Below are positions 1 to 15,317 of a stretch of 64,000 nt of DNA, piece after piece (the stretch's first letter is position 1; each line of letters begins with the position of its first letter). The stretch spans positions 274,164,001 to 274,228,000 of the forward strand of contig OZ024741.1 of the NCBI GenBank assembly GCA_964016885.1. Direction: 5' to 3'. The notes under the pieces are model-generated. The model did no database searches. It had not been told where the DNA came from and saw nothing but the letters and a program-made list of their open reading frames with translations. A program made the position numbers and the translations under genes. This DNA is from Eledone cirrhosa. Its lineage: Eukaryota.

Positions 1-79
1 GTTATGTGGACCGAGAAGAACAATTTCATGCAAAGACAAGACCAAGTTTATGGTATAAATGGAGTCGTTAGACTAATAT

Positions 80-822
<743 letters not shown>

Positions 823-853
823 TATATATATATATAGTAAAATAACAGATTAA

Positions 854-904
854 AGTTTAAGCAAAGAATCGCTGCTTTCACCCTTAACGGGATCTTCTGA
901 AACT
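854..904 (-). ncRNA. Degenerate type I hammerhead ribozyme (core CAGAAGA)
   Basis: Minus strand: agttt-CAGAAGA-tcccgttaagggt-GAAA-gca..tgc-TT-aaact. One core mismatch. Confidence 0.55.
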
Positions 905-1212
905 AAAAAAAATTAATCTGTGAACGCAGAAGTAAATATTTCGAAAAACGTTGTAACCGAAAGAAAACAGGAAGATGATACTTTGGTTCGTTAAAACGTT
1001 AGGAATGTCGTATAACGAGAAGTGTTGACATTTGAAATTTTGAAGAAGTGAATATTTAAATAAGGTCTTTAATCTTTTAACAAAATTCAGTAGACGAAAA
1101 TAGCCTCACTTTCTTACTTGGAAAAAGTTACATCTATGGTGCAAATTTGGTGCTGTTTGGTCCAGCCGCTTGGCAGAAAGTTTGTTACTTACATACGGCC
1201 GTCAGCTTTATA

Positions 1213-1271
<59 letters not shown>

Positions 1272-2172
1272 TGTATCTAATAACGTCAATTGCCATAACT
1301 TGAACGCAAATACATCTTCGTCACACTTTTGGCCCGCTGTGTCTCTACTCCAGGACGTAAAGGCACTGTTGAGTCCTCGTGTTTGTGCCCCCTGTTGTAT
1401 ATAACTACAAGGTATTTTAGATATATTCTGCTCCATACGGGGTTGGCTAAAAGCTGTAGCTATGATAATAACATATATAATACAGAGTTCACAAAAGAAC
1501 CAGGTATGAACTGCATGTCAAATTACTATACACACATAACTAAACATACACAAAACGACCACAAATATACAATCATACACACACGCACACACATATACAC
1601 ACGCACACACATATACACACACATACAACCACACACAGGAAACCACACATATACAACCACAACTCCCACACATATATATATACACACACACACAACCACA
1701 CACAACCCCCACACAGACATATGCAACCATACATACATGACTATAAATGCAATTATACAAAAGTAGATACGTGTTTGTCTGTGCGCATATGGTCACTGTG
1801 TGTCACTGCATACGAGTGTGCATGTGTGTGTGTGTGTGTGTTTGTGTGTATGGGCGTATGTATATATTTAACCTTTCTGTGATGTATGTGAGATATGTGA
1901 AGGTTTGACAGAAAGTTAGGGAGATAGAAGGGTAGACAGTGTTGACAAGAGCAGAGCAGACGACCCTTGCTCTTCGTGTGGGGAGATATCTAGCGGATGT
2001 ACAGTACTATTTCATCAGTTAGATATGTTTGTTTGATTTGGCAGACGATAATTCTAGAATTACAGGGAACACAATAAACTAAAGCTGAACTTCTTTGGTT
2101 GTCATAATTCACAATCTACTAGTATTACAATATATACATGATATTCATGCATACTTAAACCCACACACAGAC

Positions 2173-2217
<45 letters not shown>

Positions 2218-2228
2218 TGTGTATATTG

Positions 2229-2356
2229 GGATAAAAAACGGGAGGTTATATCCGTAGTAAATAGAGCACTCAGTCCAAAGGACGAGTTTGGTATAGAGTT
2301 AGCTCTACAACAAATTAGCTCGAGTATGGTTTGCTAATTTGTTGTGTAACTAACTC
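2229..2356. repeat. Short inverted-repeat fragment of the family at 43990-44196
   Basis: Shares 'tatccgtagt..tagagcactc..tccaa.ggacgagtt' and 'ttgtgtaac.aact' with that copy. Confidence 0.6.
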
Positions 2357-2380
2357 TCCCTCTCACTCCCACTCTCCCCA

Positions 2381-2474
<94 letters not shown>

Positions 2475-2804
2475 AGAATTCTTTATTAGAATAATTCTTT
2501 ATTAGAAAATACAAACTACTACCGAACACAAAAAAGTGATGTTCCCTCTTCAAGTTACGGGATTCTCCCCCTCTCTTTTCTTTAAAAAAAAATCTCATAT
2601 TGAAAAAGAAAAATAGTTGATGACACCCGTACTTTCAAACATTCGATCGCTGAAGAGAAGAAAAACCCTCAGAGGTACAATAACATTTCATTAATTTCCC
2701 TTCCACACACCAATGTATATATGAACTTAAACACTTGAGTAGATGTGTGTACATATATGTATGTATAGATGTTTTTTTTTTCACAATACCCTTTTTTACC
2801 GCCC

Positions 2805-3885
2805 TTTATCCTCCGTCCCCACTGCAGGCTACCAACAACTCATGTCTTCCACCATCCACGAGATCATCTCCTCCTCTCACCTACCCCCCACAGCCACCAA
2901 CCGTTGTACGCGCCCGTCGCACAACCACCATCTACTTCCTCCCCAAAATACACAAACAAAATAATCCTGGCCGTCCTATCGTTTCTGCGTGCAACTGCCC
3001 CCACCGAGATAATTTCTGAATATTTAGACACCATCCTCGCCCCGTTTGTCGGCAATCTCCCCTCCCACATCCACGATACAAATCATGCCCTTAGATTCTT
3101 CAACTCTTTCTCCTTCCCTCCTGGTCCCTCCCGCGTTCTCTTTACCCTGGACATCACTTCTCTCTATACCGTCATCCCTCATGATGACGGCCTCAGCGCT
3201 CTCCATCATTTTTTAGATTTACGCTCTACCCCTTACCCCAGCACTACCACTCTTCTCCGTCTGGCTGAGCTTGTTCTCACCCTTAATGGATTTTCTTTTT
3301 CGGGTGAATATTACCAGCAGGTCTCTGGGGGTAGCGATGGGAACCAGAATGGGTCCAAACTATGCCAACTTGTTTGTTGGCTACGTCGAAGCCCAGATCT
3401 TCTCCCAGTACGCTGGACCGACTCCTGAACTATACGGTCGTTATATCGACGACTGTATCGGCGCCACCTCTCTATCATGAGAACAGTTCGACTGTTTTCT
3501 TTCTTTTGTCCAATCTTTCCATCCTGCTCTCAATTTCACCGCCTCCGTCTCCGATTCTTCTGTCGTTTTTCTAGATATCTCTCTATCTATTAATCACTCT
3601 CACCACACCCTCTCTACTTCCATCTACATTAAACCAACAGACTCCCAATCTTATCTCGACTTCACCACCTACCATCCAACCCACACCAAACATTCCATAC
3701 TCTATTCCCAATTCCTCCGTCTTCGTCGAATCTGTAGCCAGGACGACGATTTCGAAACCATTCCCTTCGCATGGCTTCCTCCTTCATCCAGCGTGGATAT
3801 CCCCCCCCCCCCCTCCCCCACCAACTTGATCCAAGCTGCTCTCACTCGCGCCCGTGAAACAGACCTCACTACAGCCCTCTCACCT
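2805..3885 (+). pseudogene. Penelope-like element (probably Neptune-type) reverse transcriptase fragment, frameshifted
   Basis: YFLPKIHK..PGRPIVS, TLDITSLYTVIP, GVAMGTRMGPNYANLF and RYIDD motifs spread over shifted frames. Confidence 0.9.
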
Positions 3886-4247
3886 CAAAATATTTTGAAC
3901 TGGTCTATAGAATTCTCTAGGCCTTTGTCACTCTAAGTAGAACTTTAAAGAATTAGCTTTTAAAGAATTTCCCTTTTCTTTAAATCCAAACCATGACCGA
4001 CCCCAAACAATCTTATAGACACCTGAAATATAGGCATTGTTAACTTAAGAGAAACTTAAAAATAAGGAGTGGCACCCCATTCTGAACTTGTTTATAGAAT
4101 TCTTTCTGTCTTTGTTACTCTAAATATAAATTAGCTTTTAATGAATTACCATTTTCATCAACCAATGACCTCTACCCATTCCACTCCCTACCCTCTCCTA
4201 CCACCTGAAGAGACCTATAAATACCATATTTATTTTTTGATACCCAG

Positions 4248-4294
4248 ATTCCTGATGATTTCTAAAGAATGAAACAGTTCTAGTCCTGTAGAAT
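4248..4294 (+). ncRNA. Type I hammerhead ribozyme downstream of the PLE fragment
   Basis: attc-CTGATGA-tttctaaagaat-GAAA-cag..ctg-TA-gaat. Confidence 0.8.
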
Positions 4295-4312
4295 ATCATC
4301 TATATTAAAACT

Positions 4313-4810
<498 letters not shown>

Positions 4811-4820
4811 ATATTATTAT

Positions 4821-5012
4821 TGAATTGGCAGTATCGGTAGAGGGTTGGATTATGCTTTCCAGCATAGTTACGTCCCTTTACGATCTGAGTTCAATTCCCG
4901 CCGAGGTTAACTTTGCCTTTCATCTTTACGGGGTCGATAAAATAAAGTACCAGTAATGTACTGAGATAATTGCTGGCCTTGTGCCAAAAAGTAGAAACAA
5001 TTATTATTATTA
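4821..5012 (+). mobile_element. tRNA-derived SINE (octopus-type) with (ATT)n tail
   Basis: A-box-like TGGCagtatcGG and B-box GAGTTCAATTCC. Conserved body 'gccgaggttaactttgcctttcat..ggggtcgataaaataaagtaccagt'. About 6 copies in the window. Confidence 0.85.
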
Positions 5013-5047
5013 CTGTGAACTGCGGAATGCTCTTAATTCCGATCCTA

Positions 5048-5088
<41 letters not shown>

Positions 5089-5215
5089 CCTCGAGATACG
5101 AGTGAACCGACATACGAGTTTTTTTTTTATACGAGCCATCACTCGGCTAATTGTTTGCCTTGATATACGAGCTGAGTTTTGATATACGAGCTACGAGCTA
5201 GCGGGTGCCTGAGAG

Positions 5216-5532
5216 GGGTACAGAATTAATTTCGCCACTGAATTAATTTCGCCCAGTGAACCCAAACCAAAGTTACTCTCGTCGTTTATATCCGTAAAGT
5301 GACTAAAGATTAAAACAAATGTAATATATTTACGGTTATGGTTAGGATTAGGGTTGAATTAACCTTAACCCTAACCCTAACCCTAACCATAACCCTAAAA
5401 AATAACCCTAACCCTAACCGAAAAATATATTACATTTGTTTTAGTCACTTTACGGATATAAACGACGGGAGTAACTTTCGTTGGGTTTCACCGGGCGAAA
5501 TTAATTCAGTGGCGAAATTAATTCAGTAACCT
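5216..5532. mobile_element. MITE nested in the Tigger 5' region, with a (TAACCC)n core
   Basis: ~120-bp inverted arms. 8-bp direct repeat CCTGAGAG at 5208-5215 and 5533-5540. Confidence 0.8.
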
Positions 5533-5644
5533 CCTGAGAGCGGTCAGTCCACGTGGTAACCTCGGCACGCGAGCATCTCTGTTGTGTTACTGTTGTGATT
5601 TTAGTTGCTTTTGGTTTATTTCGATAACAATCTTAGTTTCAACC

Positions 5645-7396
5645 ATGAGTCCTAAGAAAGTGAGTGCCAAGAACACTGGCGAGAAAAAGAAAAGGATGAT
5701 GTCTATGGATATTAAGCATGAAATCGTAGAAAAACATGAGCGCGGTGTGCGTGTTATTGACTTGGCAAAGAAGTACGATCGTAGTACTTCTACAATATGT
5801 ACTATTTTGAAACAAAAGAATTCAATAAAGGCTATGACACCAGCCAAGGGTGTTAAGATAATTTCTAAGCTCCGGACCTCTGTCTATGAAGAGATGGAAA
5901 AGTTGCTGTTGGGGTGGTTGACCGAGAATCAGCTCGCTGGAGATACCGTAACCAAGACCATCATCTGTGAGAAGGCACGAGTTATTTATGGAGATTTGGT
6001 GTGGCAGACGGCGGGATCATCCTCGGACGAGGCATGGAAGAGTCATTCAAAGCCAGTCGGGGATGGTTTGATAATTTTAAAAAGAGGACTGGCATTCACT
6101 CCGTCGGCAGGCATGGTGAGGCTGCAAGCTCAGATTTTAAGGCAGCTGAAGAATTTACTTCATTTTTTGGTGAACTGGTACAAGCCGAAGGATACATCCC
6201 CAGCAAGTCTTTAACTGTGACGAGACAGGGCTATTTTGGAAAAAGATGCCAATGAGAACGTACATAACAGCATAAGAGAAGAGCTTTCCAGGCCACAAAC
6301 CTATGAAGGAAAGGTTCACCCTTGCACTGTGTGCAAATGCGAGTGGCGATTTAAAGATTAAACCGCTGCTCGTAAATCACTCGGAAAACCCCAGGGCCTT
6401 TAAGAGTCATAAGATTCTTAAAGAAAAACTGCAGGTTATGTGGAGGGCAAACCCAAAGGCATGGGTCAACAGGGAGATTTTTTGTGCAGTGGGTAAACCT
6501 GGTTTTTGGTCCTGCAGTCAAGAAGTATCTTTTAGATAATAACCTGCCCCTGAAAGCCCTACTCGTCATTGACAATGCTCCCGCACACCCACCAAATCTC
6601 GAGGATGATATCTTAGAAGAATTCAAGTTTATTAAGGTATTGTACCTTCCAACCAACACCACCCCTATCTTTCAGCCCATGGACCAGCAGGTGATTTCGA
6701 ATTTTAAAAAGTTATTCACCAAGCATCTCTTCCGGAGCTGCTTTGAGGTTACGAAAAACACAAACCTCACCCTTCGAGAGTTCTGGAAAGAACATTACAC
6801 TATCGTAGCCTGCCTCAACATTATAGACATGGTCTGGCATGGTATTACAAGGAGGACCTTAAACTCTGCATGGAAGAAGCTGTGACCCGAGGTTGTGTCT
6901 GAAAGGGACTTCGAAGGATTCGAACCCGAACCCAAAGAGTTAGTGGAGGAGGAGATCGTGTCCATCGGAAAATCCATGGGCCTGGAAGTGGACAAAGGAG
7001 ACGTCAACGACCTCGTCGAAGAGCACAATGAGGAATTGACAACGGAGGAATTAAAGGAGTTACAGGACCAGCAGCATACAGAGATTTGGCAGGGAATTAA
7101 TGAGGGGCCAGTGTCAGAGGAGGTAGTAATCCCATCAAGTGAAATTAAGGAAATGTTGAGAATTTGGGAGAAACTTAATGATTTTATTGACAAAAATCAT
7201 CCAGAAAAAGTTGGAACAAGTCGTGCGTCGGCACTGTTTAACGACACCTGCCCCACTCATTTTCAGAAACATTTTAAAAGGGAGGAAGAAACAAACCTCC
7301 TTGGACAGGTTTTCATTGAAACGCCCTCAAGGCGAAGGCGAGGAAAGTGTGGCCAAAAAGCCAAAAGTCAGTGAAGATGATGATGACATTAACTGA
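5645..7396 (+). pseudogene. Tigger-type (CENP-B HTH + DDD) transposase, frameshifted with stops
   Basis: HTH region 'LAKKYDRSTSTICTILK', plus FKASRGWFDNFKKR, CDETGLFWKKMP, LVIDNAPAHP and QPMDQQVISNFK across frames. Confidence 0.92.
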
Positions 7397-8820
7397 AGTA
7401 CCGTACGGTACGAAAAGAAAAAAAAAGTAGCAATTAAGTTTAGTGATTAAGTGTAGTATAGTGTGTAAGTTAAATTTAGCAATAAAAATAGTATTAACTG
7501 CGTAGTGAGTAAGTCAAGTTAAGAGATAGAGCGCAAAATGAAAAACATTTACAGCCTCCCCCGTCATTCTCCTCCACCTCTGCCAATCTCCTCCACTACC
7601 GCCAGCTTTTTCGTCTCATCTTGAAGGTAAATAAACTTAATAAATCCAGTTTATTTCTTTACATTCTCTTTTATTATGTTCTTATTATTTCATTATACAT
7701 TATTTGTATTTATAAAGTATATTTTGCTTATTAAAAACACGTAACATAAATAAATTGGTGTGGTTTTGGGGGGTCAGAACGGATTAATAGCATTTCAGTT
7801 CAATGGGGAAAATTGATTTGAGATACGAGTAAATTGAGTTACGAGCTCGGTCACGGAACGAATTAAACTCGTATCTCAAGGTATCACTGTGTATATATGT
7901 GTGTGTGTATGTGTGTTGATATGTATGTGTATATGTGTGTGTATGTATGTAAGATATATGGATTGTAAATATATTTACATATAGGGAAGTGAATATGTGA
8001 GCTATCCACACCCCCCCCCCCCCACACACACACGCACTTCCTCTTCCAAACCAATATCAACAACACATTTTTGACAAATCTTCCAAAACTATTCTTCTTT
8101 TCTCTTTTTACTGTCATCCCATTCTTATCAAAAGACATGTATCTTACACCCCATTAAAACCCAGACACGCACCTGAATTCATCTTTGATATAGAAATTTA
8201 TAGAAGATATTCTTTATAAATTTAAGAGAGTTGATTCAGCTATGCCATTATATACTGATCAAAGGTCAGCTAATGAAATAAAACCAGCAGAAGGGGATGT
8301 TTTTAAACACCTTCTCAAACACCCTTATCTTGCAACCTCACCATTTCCTGAGTGTATATAGATATGTGTGTGTGTGTGTGTGTGTATGTGTGTATGTGTA
8401 CGTGTAAGTGTGTGTGTGTATGCTTTAATTCCTCCAAATGTTCATCAACACTCATTAACACTACACCCCACACCCCAGACATATCCAAATCTCTCTTATA
8501 TATAGTCACACATCACAACACAACCTGATCTCTCTGACTTTTGCCATCGACGAATACGAGAAAGTTCTCCAACAAAGTTAACCAGGAATCTTTAAAATTC
8601 TTCCCACCGAAGTTAACAAAGAACTTACTAGATCTACCAACTCATAATATTATAAAATTAAATCAAATTAAATCAAATTATTTAACACTACGAGTGAAGT
8701 CATTCTTTTCCTTTTTTCAAATATACCTAACTGTACCAAGGAACTCACACATTTTCCAATATATATATACATACACACACATATATATATTAGATTATCA
8801 ATATTAGTATTATTGGGGAA

Positions 8821-8947
8821 CCCACTGATGAATTATAGGAGTCCACTTGAATATATATCTATTGGTGGTATACAAGCTCCTACATAATTTGGTATAATTT
8901 AACCCAAATTGTAGGAATCCTGTAATGAAACGAGACGTCCGTCTGGG
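8821..8947 (+). ncRNA. Type I hammerhead with ~80-nt structured insertion in stem II (family E, copy 1)
   Basis: ccca-CTGATGA-attatagga...tcctgtaat-GAAA-cg..cg-TC-tggg. Confidence 0.75.
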
Positions 8948-9114
8948 AAGAGATATATTAGATATGTCTCATTTGAAATAATACAGCCAATTTTCCACGC
9001 AATACTTTTAGTTAGCACCCCGAACACATAATTTTGGGAATATAATCACTTATTTCCTAATGTTTGTTGAGTGAGTTGGAATTTGGCCGGAGTATCGCTA
9101 AAAAGCTTTCTCCG

Positions 9115-9177
<63 letters not shown>

Positions 9178-9196
9178 ATGTATATACATGTGTGTT

Positions 9197-9230
<34 letters not shown>

Positions 9231-9312
9231 TTGGATAGGTGAATATTTAAATTTTATTTTAATTTATTTTAAAAGAATGTTTAAAATTTACTTGTTCAGC
9301 TCATCTCAATTT

Positions 9313-9346
<34 letters not shown>

Positions 9347-9353
9347 TACACAC

Positions 9354-9392
<39 letters not shown>

Positions 9393-9394
9393 GA

Positions 9395-9425
<31 letters not shown>

Positions 9426-9444
9426 CTATATATATCTATCTATA

Positions 9445-9480
<36 letters not shown>

Positions 9481-9483
<3 letters not shown>

Positions 9484-9871
9484 AAGTTTTATTTAAAATT
9501 GTTGGGTTACAACAAGTAAATATGTTATAACTGATATAAAGCACTCGACAAGTTTGGAGTAGATATACGATATTAAACAAATGGAAATTATATTTATAAA
9601 ACCATATTTATTTCATTATACATATTTCGGGGATACCATATTAAAAATATGGCATGCCTTCTGCAGATAAAATACAATATATAAACAGTTTTATAAATAA
9701 TTTTGACGTACCATAAATATTGAGCAACCGTTATGTAAGAAGCTGACTGTTTATATATTGTATTTTATCTGAAGAAGGCATGCCATATTTTTAATATGGT
9801 ATCCCCGAAATATGTATAATGAAATAAATATGGTTTTATAAATATAGTTTCCATTTGTTTAATATCGTATA
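9481..9871. mobile_element. Asymmetric palindromic hammerhead element (family A) between (TA)n tracts
   Basis: 9567-9688 is inverted to 9746-9871. The left arm extends about 85 bp further. Confidence 0.85.
9761..9826 (+). ncRNA. Type I hammerhead (family A); minus-arm copy at 9609-9674 has core CTGCAGA
   Basis: tattttat-CTGAAGA-long stem II-GAAA-tatgta-TA-atgaaata. Confidence 0.8.
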
Positions 9872-9904
9872 TATAATGTATATATATATATATATATATG
9901 TTTA

Positions 9905-10565
9905 TAAGGTACCTGGAAATAAAAATCTCTGGCCAAATCAAGAGTAAAATATTTAATACAATAACAGAGATGGCTTTAAGCTAAACTCCGACTGGTAACC
10001 ATCTCACTCAACAAACATTAGGTTATACGTTAGTATAAACCCAATTTAAGTGTTTGGGGTGCTAACTATATGTATTTTGTGGAAAGCCAGTTGTATTATT
10101 TTATATGAGATATAATTAAAGTTAAAATATATCTCTCTTTCCAAACAATTGTTTCATTATAAGTTTTCTACAAGTTTGGAGAATGTTTCCAGTTTATGTA
10201 GAAGCCTAACATATTTTCATGTAAGAAAATATTTAGGTGGGCACTTATAAATCGTCAGTGGAAGCCCATTAAACTTTGATATAAGAAAAAATTCCTTACC
10301 ACAGTTAATTTTCGTGTCCGCTAAGTTGTTCCTTCGCGCATCGAATGACCGCCAAATTTGAAATTCCAGCAGTCTTTTGACTGAGGAAGTATCATAGCGT
10401 CACGAAGCGGAAAAGGGAGACAACCACGATTCACGAGAAAAGTAAAATAGTATACACGTGGGTTAATTAGTTTTTTCAAAAATATTATCAATCCTGCGTG
10501 TTAAGAACTCAATTAATTTTTATATTTACGTTAGTATAAACCCAATTTAAGTGTTTGGGGTGCTA
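9905..10565 (-). mobile_element. Family E element, copy 2, with ~39-bp direct repeat at ~501-bp period
   Basis: tacgttagtataaacccaatttaagtgtttggggtgcta at 10026 and 10527. Homologous to 8800-9120 on the opposite strand. Confidence 0.7.
10139..10263 (-). ncRNA. Type I hammerhead with long stem II insertion (family E, copy 2)
   Basis: ttcca-CTGACGA-tttataag...cttataat-GAAA-caattg-TT-tggaa. Confidence 0.8.
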
Positions 10566-10570
10566 TATAT

Positions 10571-11073
10571 ATGCTACTGTACGTCTGTATACATATATGT
10601 ATGTACGTATACATACATACTTACATTTAAGTAAGTGCCGTACTAAGAATGAGAAATGAAATTTCGTTTCATTCTATTCCATTTATCGTTTTCGGTGCGC
10701 CTGGCCGACTGAACTCACTCGATATGCAAATTAGGCTGCTCAGCCGTTAATTTTCATAAGGAAAGTATATACTTTCGGACGTTTAACCATCTGGCAGAAA
10801 GGTATACGGTGCTGACGATAGCTAATAAGCTTGAAACTAGTACATCGTTCCTGTGTCAGTGTTGAACAAAAAGGTGAAGTGGTTGCCTAAACACTGTACG
10901 GCGTAATTCAGGCTGTTTGTTTGTTTACAAACGAACAAACCGAGCATTATAATAAATGTTCGGTAAACTGATACGTGCATATATGTATGTGTGCCTGTAT
11001 GTATATATATACATGCTACTGTACGTCTGTATACATATATGTATGTACGTATACATACATACTTACATTTAAG
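10571..11073 (+). mobile_element. Retrozyme-like element (family R): 442-bp unit plus 61-bp terminal redundancy
   Basis: 10571-10631 is repeated at 11013-11073. Contains a hammerhead. Confidence 0.75.
10806..10848 (+). ncRNA. Minimal type I hammerhead (family R)
   Basis: acggtg-CTGACGA-tagctaataagctt-GAAA-ctag-TA-catcgt. Confidence 0.85.
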
Positions 11074-11074
11074 A

Positions 11075-11615
<541 letters not shown>

Positions 11616-11633
11616 TTAATATATCTATATATC

Positions 11634-11719
<86 letters not shown>

Positions 11720-11720
<1 letters not shown>

Positions 11721-12057
11721 GATATTAAATAAATGGAAACTATATTTATAAAACCATATTTATTTCATTATATATATTTCAGGGATATCATATTAAAAAT
11801 TTCAAATAGAAGTCGAAGTTGAAAGGTATGTCGAATCTATCTATTTATAAGACTGTTTATATTGTATTTTGTCTGAAGAAGGCATAACATATTTTTAATA
11901 TGATATCCCTGAAATATATATAATGAAATAAATATGGTTTTATAAATATAGTTTCCATTTATTTAATATCGTAAATATACTCCAAATACTTGTTGAGTGC
12001 TTTTATATCAGTTATAAATATTTACTCGTTGTTAACCCAACAATTTAAATAAAACTT

Positions 12058-12060
<3 letters not shown>
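11720..12060. mobile_element. Family A palindromic element, copy 2, with hammerhead at 11865-11930 (+)
   Basis: Homologous to 9481-9871. CTGAAGA at 11873, GAAA-tatata-TA at 11911. Confidence 0.8.
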
Positions 12061-12120
<60 letters not shown>

Positions 12121-12372
12121 ATTTTACATTCATTTAGATTTTACATTCATTTAAATTATTGATGTATTGATTTATTGATATTTTTTATCTGATTGTCCCG
12201 AATCTTCTATTATCGATTTTTTATCGTATGGTTGATTTTAGACTTGTTCTATGTGTGACGGTATTTTAACGATAGTTATAGCTCTGATTCATCTGAATTA
12301 TTGAGCCCTCTGCCGCTCATTTCGAATTTTGTTTATCGTGAACTCGTGCGCCGATTTTTCGATACTCGATCA

Positions 12373-12403
<31 letters not shown>

Positions 12404-13294
12404 TACTTTACTTTATCTTATTTTATTGTATTGCATTTAACCATATGTAAACCCGTATTTTGTATATCATGCCGCATACATAACCCACACTAAAAATCAC
12501 ACTAACCATGACACACCATATTAATAACCACATACACCCCATCTCACCATCGCCCATCTCAATGAACTTATTGTAACCATTTCTAAGCCCGCATTTGTAT
12601 ATCATGCCGCACACATCACCATCACCACCACCAAAATTCACATCAACATACACACCTCATCGTTGCAACATCGTATAAGATCGGTCTCCTATGATACGTT
12701 TTACCTTGCAATCCACAATGACAAGTGACCTTGTAAATACAATGTCGATCATATCACACCATCGCCACCACCACCACACCACACATCGTCATATCTCTAC
12801 CATACACACCTACAACCTCATCCCCCCATGTTCCCTCTGTCTACCCTAACCTACAACCCCACGCTAAATTCGACCCTGTAAATGTACTGTCGCACGCACA
12901 CACAACCACAGCCACCACTAGATACATCCAAATACCTCAACAATCATTATCATTAACATCATCAACACATATCACCCCTCGCTCCCAGATCAACTGTATT
13001 ATATAACTCCCACCCCCCGTCTGCCTTACCCTATAACACACCGTAACCTCTGATCATGTAATCCTCTTGCCGAACATATCACCCCAGCACAACCACCATC
13101 ACCATGTCCACAACACACATCGCCGTACGTCCATAAACGCTTCTCCCCCGCGTTCCCTATGTCACCTTTTAACCGGTATTCGATCCTGTATATATATTTT
13201 TGTCCCTCACAACTCCACCACCACCACGACCACAAAACACAACTCCATATTTCATCAACACCGACAACACATACATCTACTCCCCAACCACAAT

Positions 13295-14035
13295 AGTGTG
13301 TGTGTCTGTGTGTAAGTATTTTTACACATACGGACGTATAAGTGTGCGTGCGTGTACGCATAGTTATATGCATGTGTGTGTGTGTGTATGTGAACACATG
13401 TGTATACATGTATGTATGTGTGTGTATATGTATATCTGCATATATATGTGTATGTGTATGCGTATGTGTATGTGTGTGTGTCTATACGTATGTGTATGTA
13501 CGTGTGTATATGTGTACGTCTACATATATGTATATGGGTGAATCTGGCTGTATGTGTAGGTGAGCTCATGTATGTGCATGTATGTGTATATGTGCGTGTA
13601 TATCTGTGTGTTGTCTGTACATGTGTGTGTATATATATATGTATGTGTGTATATATATATATATATATGTGTGTGTGAGTATACGTGTGTGTGAGTGTGT
13701 ATGTGTATATTTTGTATACGTGAGTGTGAGTCCATGTGCCCATACCCATATGTGTGTATGGGTATATGTATGTGTATGTATATATGTAAAACCCCTTCTG
13801 CATTGCCTCTCACCTTCCCCCCATCTCTGTCGTTCGCCACCCCCACCGATACTCCCCCACTCTCCATATTCGTGTCCGCATGCGCGAACATGTGTGTACA
13901 TATACATATGGCTGTGTGTGAGCGTGTGTCGATATGTGTGGGCAAGGATGTGCGTATGTGTTTTGTGGTGGGTGTGTTTATACACCAATATGTGTGCACA
14001 TATATACATATATGTGTGTACGTATACGTATATAC
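13295..14035. repeat. Degenerate (TG)/(TA) low-complexity tract
   Basis: Direct reading. Confidence 0.85.
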
Positions 14036-14790
14036 AAAGTATCTGTCAGACGAAGAGCGTCTAGCTATGTATCTAGGTAAGGACCTTGACACCACCAATA
14101 CATCCACCACACCACCACAAACTACCATAGACAACGGCACCAATACCACACCCCCACACCAACGCCAACCCGTTTACCGACAACCCACTAACCTCATACC
14201 ACATCTCATCCCACTAAGCAACCATAACCACCACCATATCATCACATCCACCCCTACATACTCTACACGCCAAGGCCAACCAACCACCACCACACCACAG
14301 CCCATCTCATCCACCGACCGTCACCAACATCTCACCATCACACCCACCCCCATATACACTACAGGCCAGTACATCGCCTTGATCCTTCCCACCAATCAAA
14401 ACAACTCATTTTGTCAAACTCTTGAATCTCTGACTTTACCACATAGCATGTATTTCATTTTCTTATAGCATTTTAAGAGGGTCCGTCGAGCTGCGGATTA
14501 TTGAGTCGGGTAGGATCGATATAGATCGAACCTTGAGCTGATCAGTGGCGAAACGCGCGTCACCTATCAATAAATGCAATGAAGGAATAATCAATCGTCC
14601 TTTTTATCCTTTCTATATATTACACTCTGTATAGCTCTACACCTCATCACAGAAGTGAACCTAAACATCGAGTGCTCTCCCGGGTGAACCTGCAGTAACT
14701 CCTAGTTACACCCCCCTGGATATATAGATATGTATATATATATATATGTATGTATATATATATACATATCTATCTATCTATCTATCTATT

Positions 14791-14853
<63 letters not shown>

Positions 14854-14884
14854 ACATACATACACACACACACACGTATATATA

Positions 14885-14961
<77 letters not shown>

Positions 14962-15000
14962 ATATTAAATAAATGGAAACTATATTTATAAAACCATATT

Positions 15001-15061
15001 TATTCTTTTATATATATTTCAAGCGTGCCAAAACTTTGGTACGCTCTCATCAGATAAAGTA
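15001..15061 (-). ncRNA. Type I hammerhead (family A variant)
   Basis: Minus strand: CTGATGA-gagcgtaccaaagttttggcacgctt-GAAA-tatata-TA. Stem I is imperfect. Confidence 0.7.
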
Positions 15062-15317
15062 CAAAGTTTGTTTTATAAATATTGACATAACCAAGAAAAA
15101 ATACCTTAACGGTTCAAGTTTTTCCTGGATAGTGAAGGAAAAGAGAAGAAAAGTCAGATATTTCAAATTATTAACATGAGTATGCAAATGATGTTGAGGT
15201 ATAGGGCTGAAAAAAAACGTTATTTTTAGACGCTATGCAGAATTTAAATAATTAGGGTATATGTATGAGTAGGAAGAAGAAAAAAAGAAAGAAGAGCTTG
15301 TATATACGTTAATCTAA

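Larger units (their letters stand above)
5081..7889 (+). mobile_element. Tigger/pogo (Tc1/mariner superfamily) DNA transposon, full length
   Basis: 23-bp TIRs tagtgatacctcgagatacgagt / actcgtatctcaaggtatcactg, in a TA context. Confidence 0.9.

Noticed and set aside
4821-4905. tRNA gene
   Set aside because: A and B boxes belong to a SINE head. There is no cloverleaf, and the same body recurs in several copies.
14470-14570. Hammerhead around GAAACGCGCGTC
   Set aside because: The 3' half is typical of PLE ribozymes, but no convincing CUGANGA box or stem I was found. At most a decayed relic.
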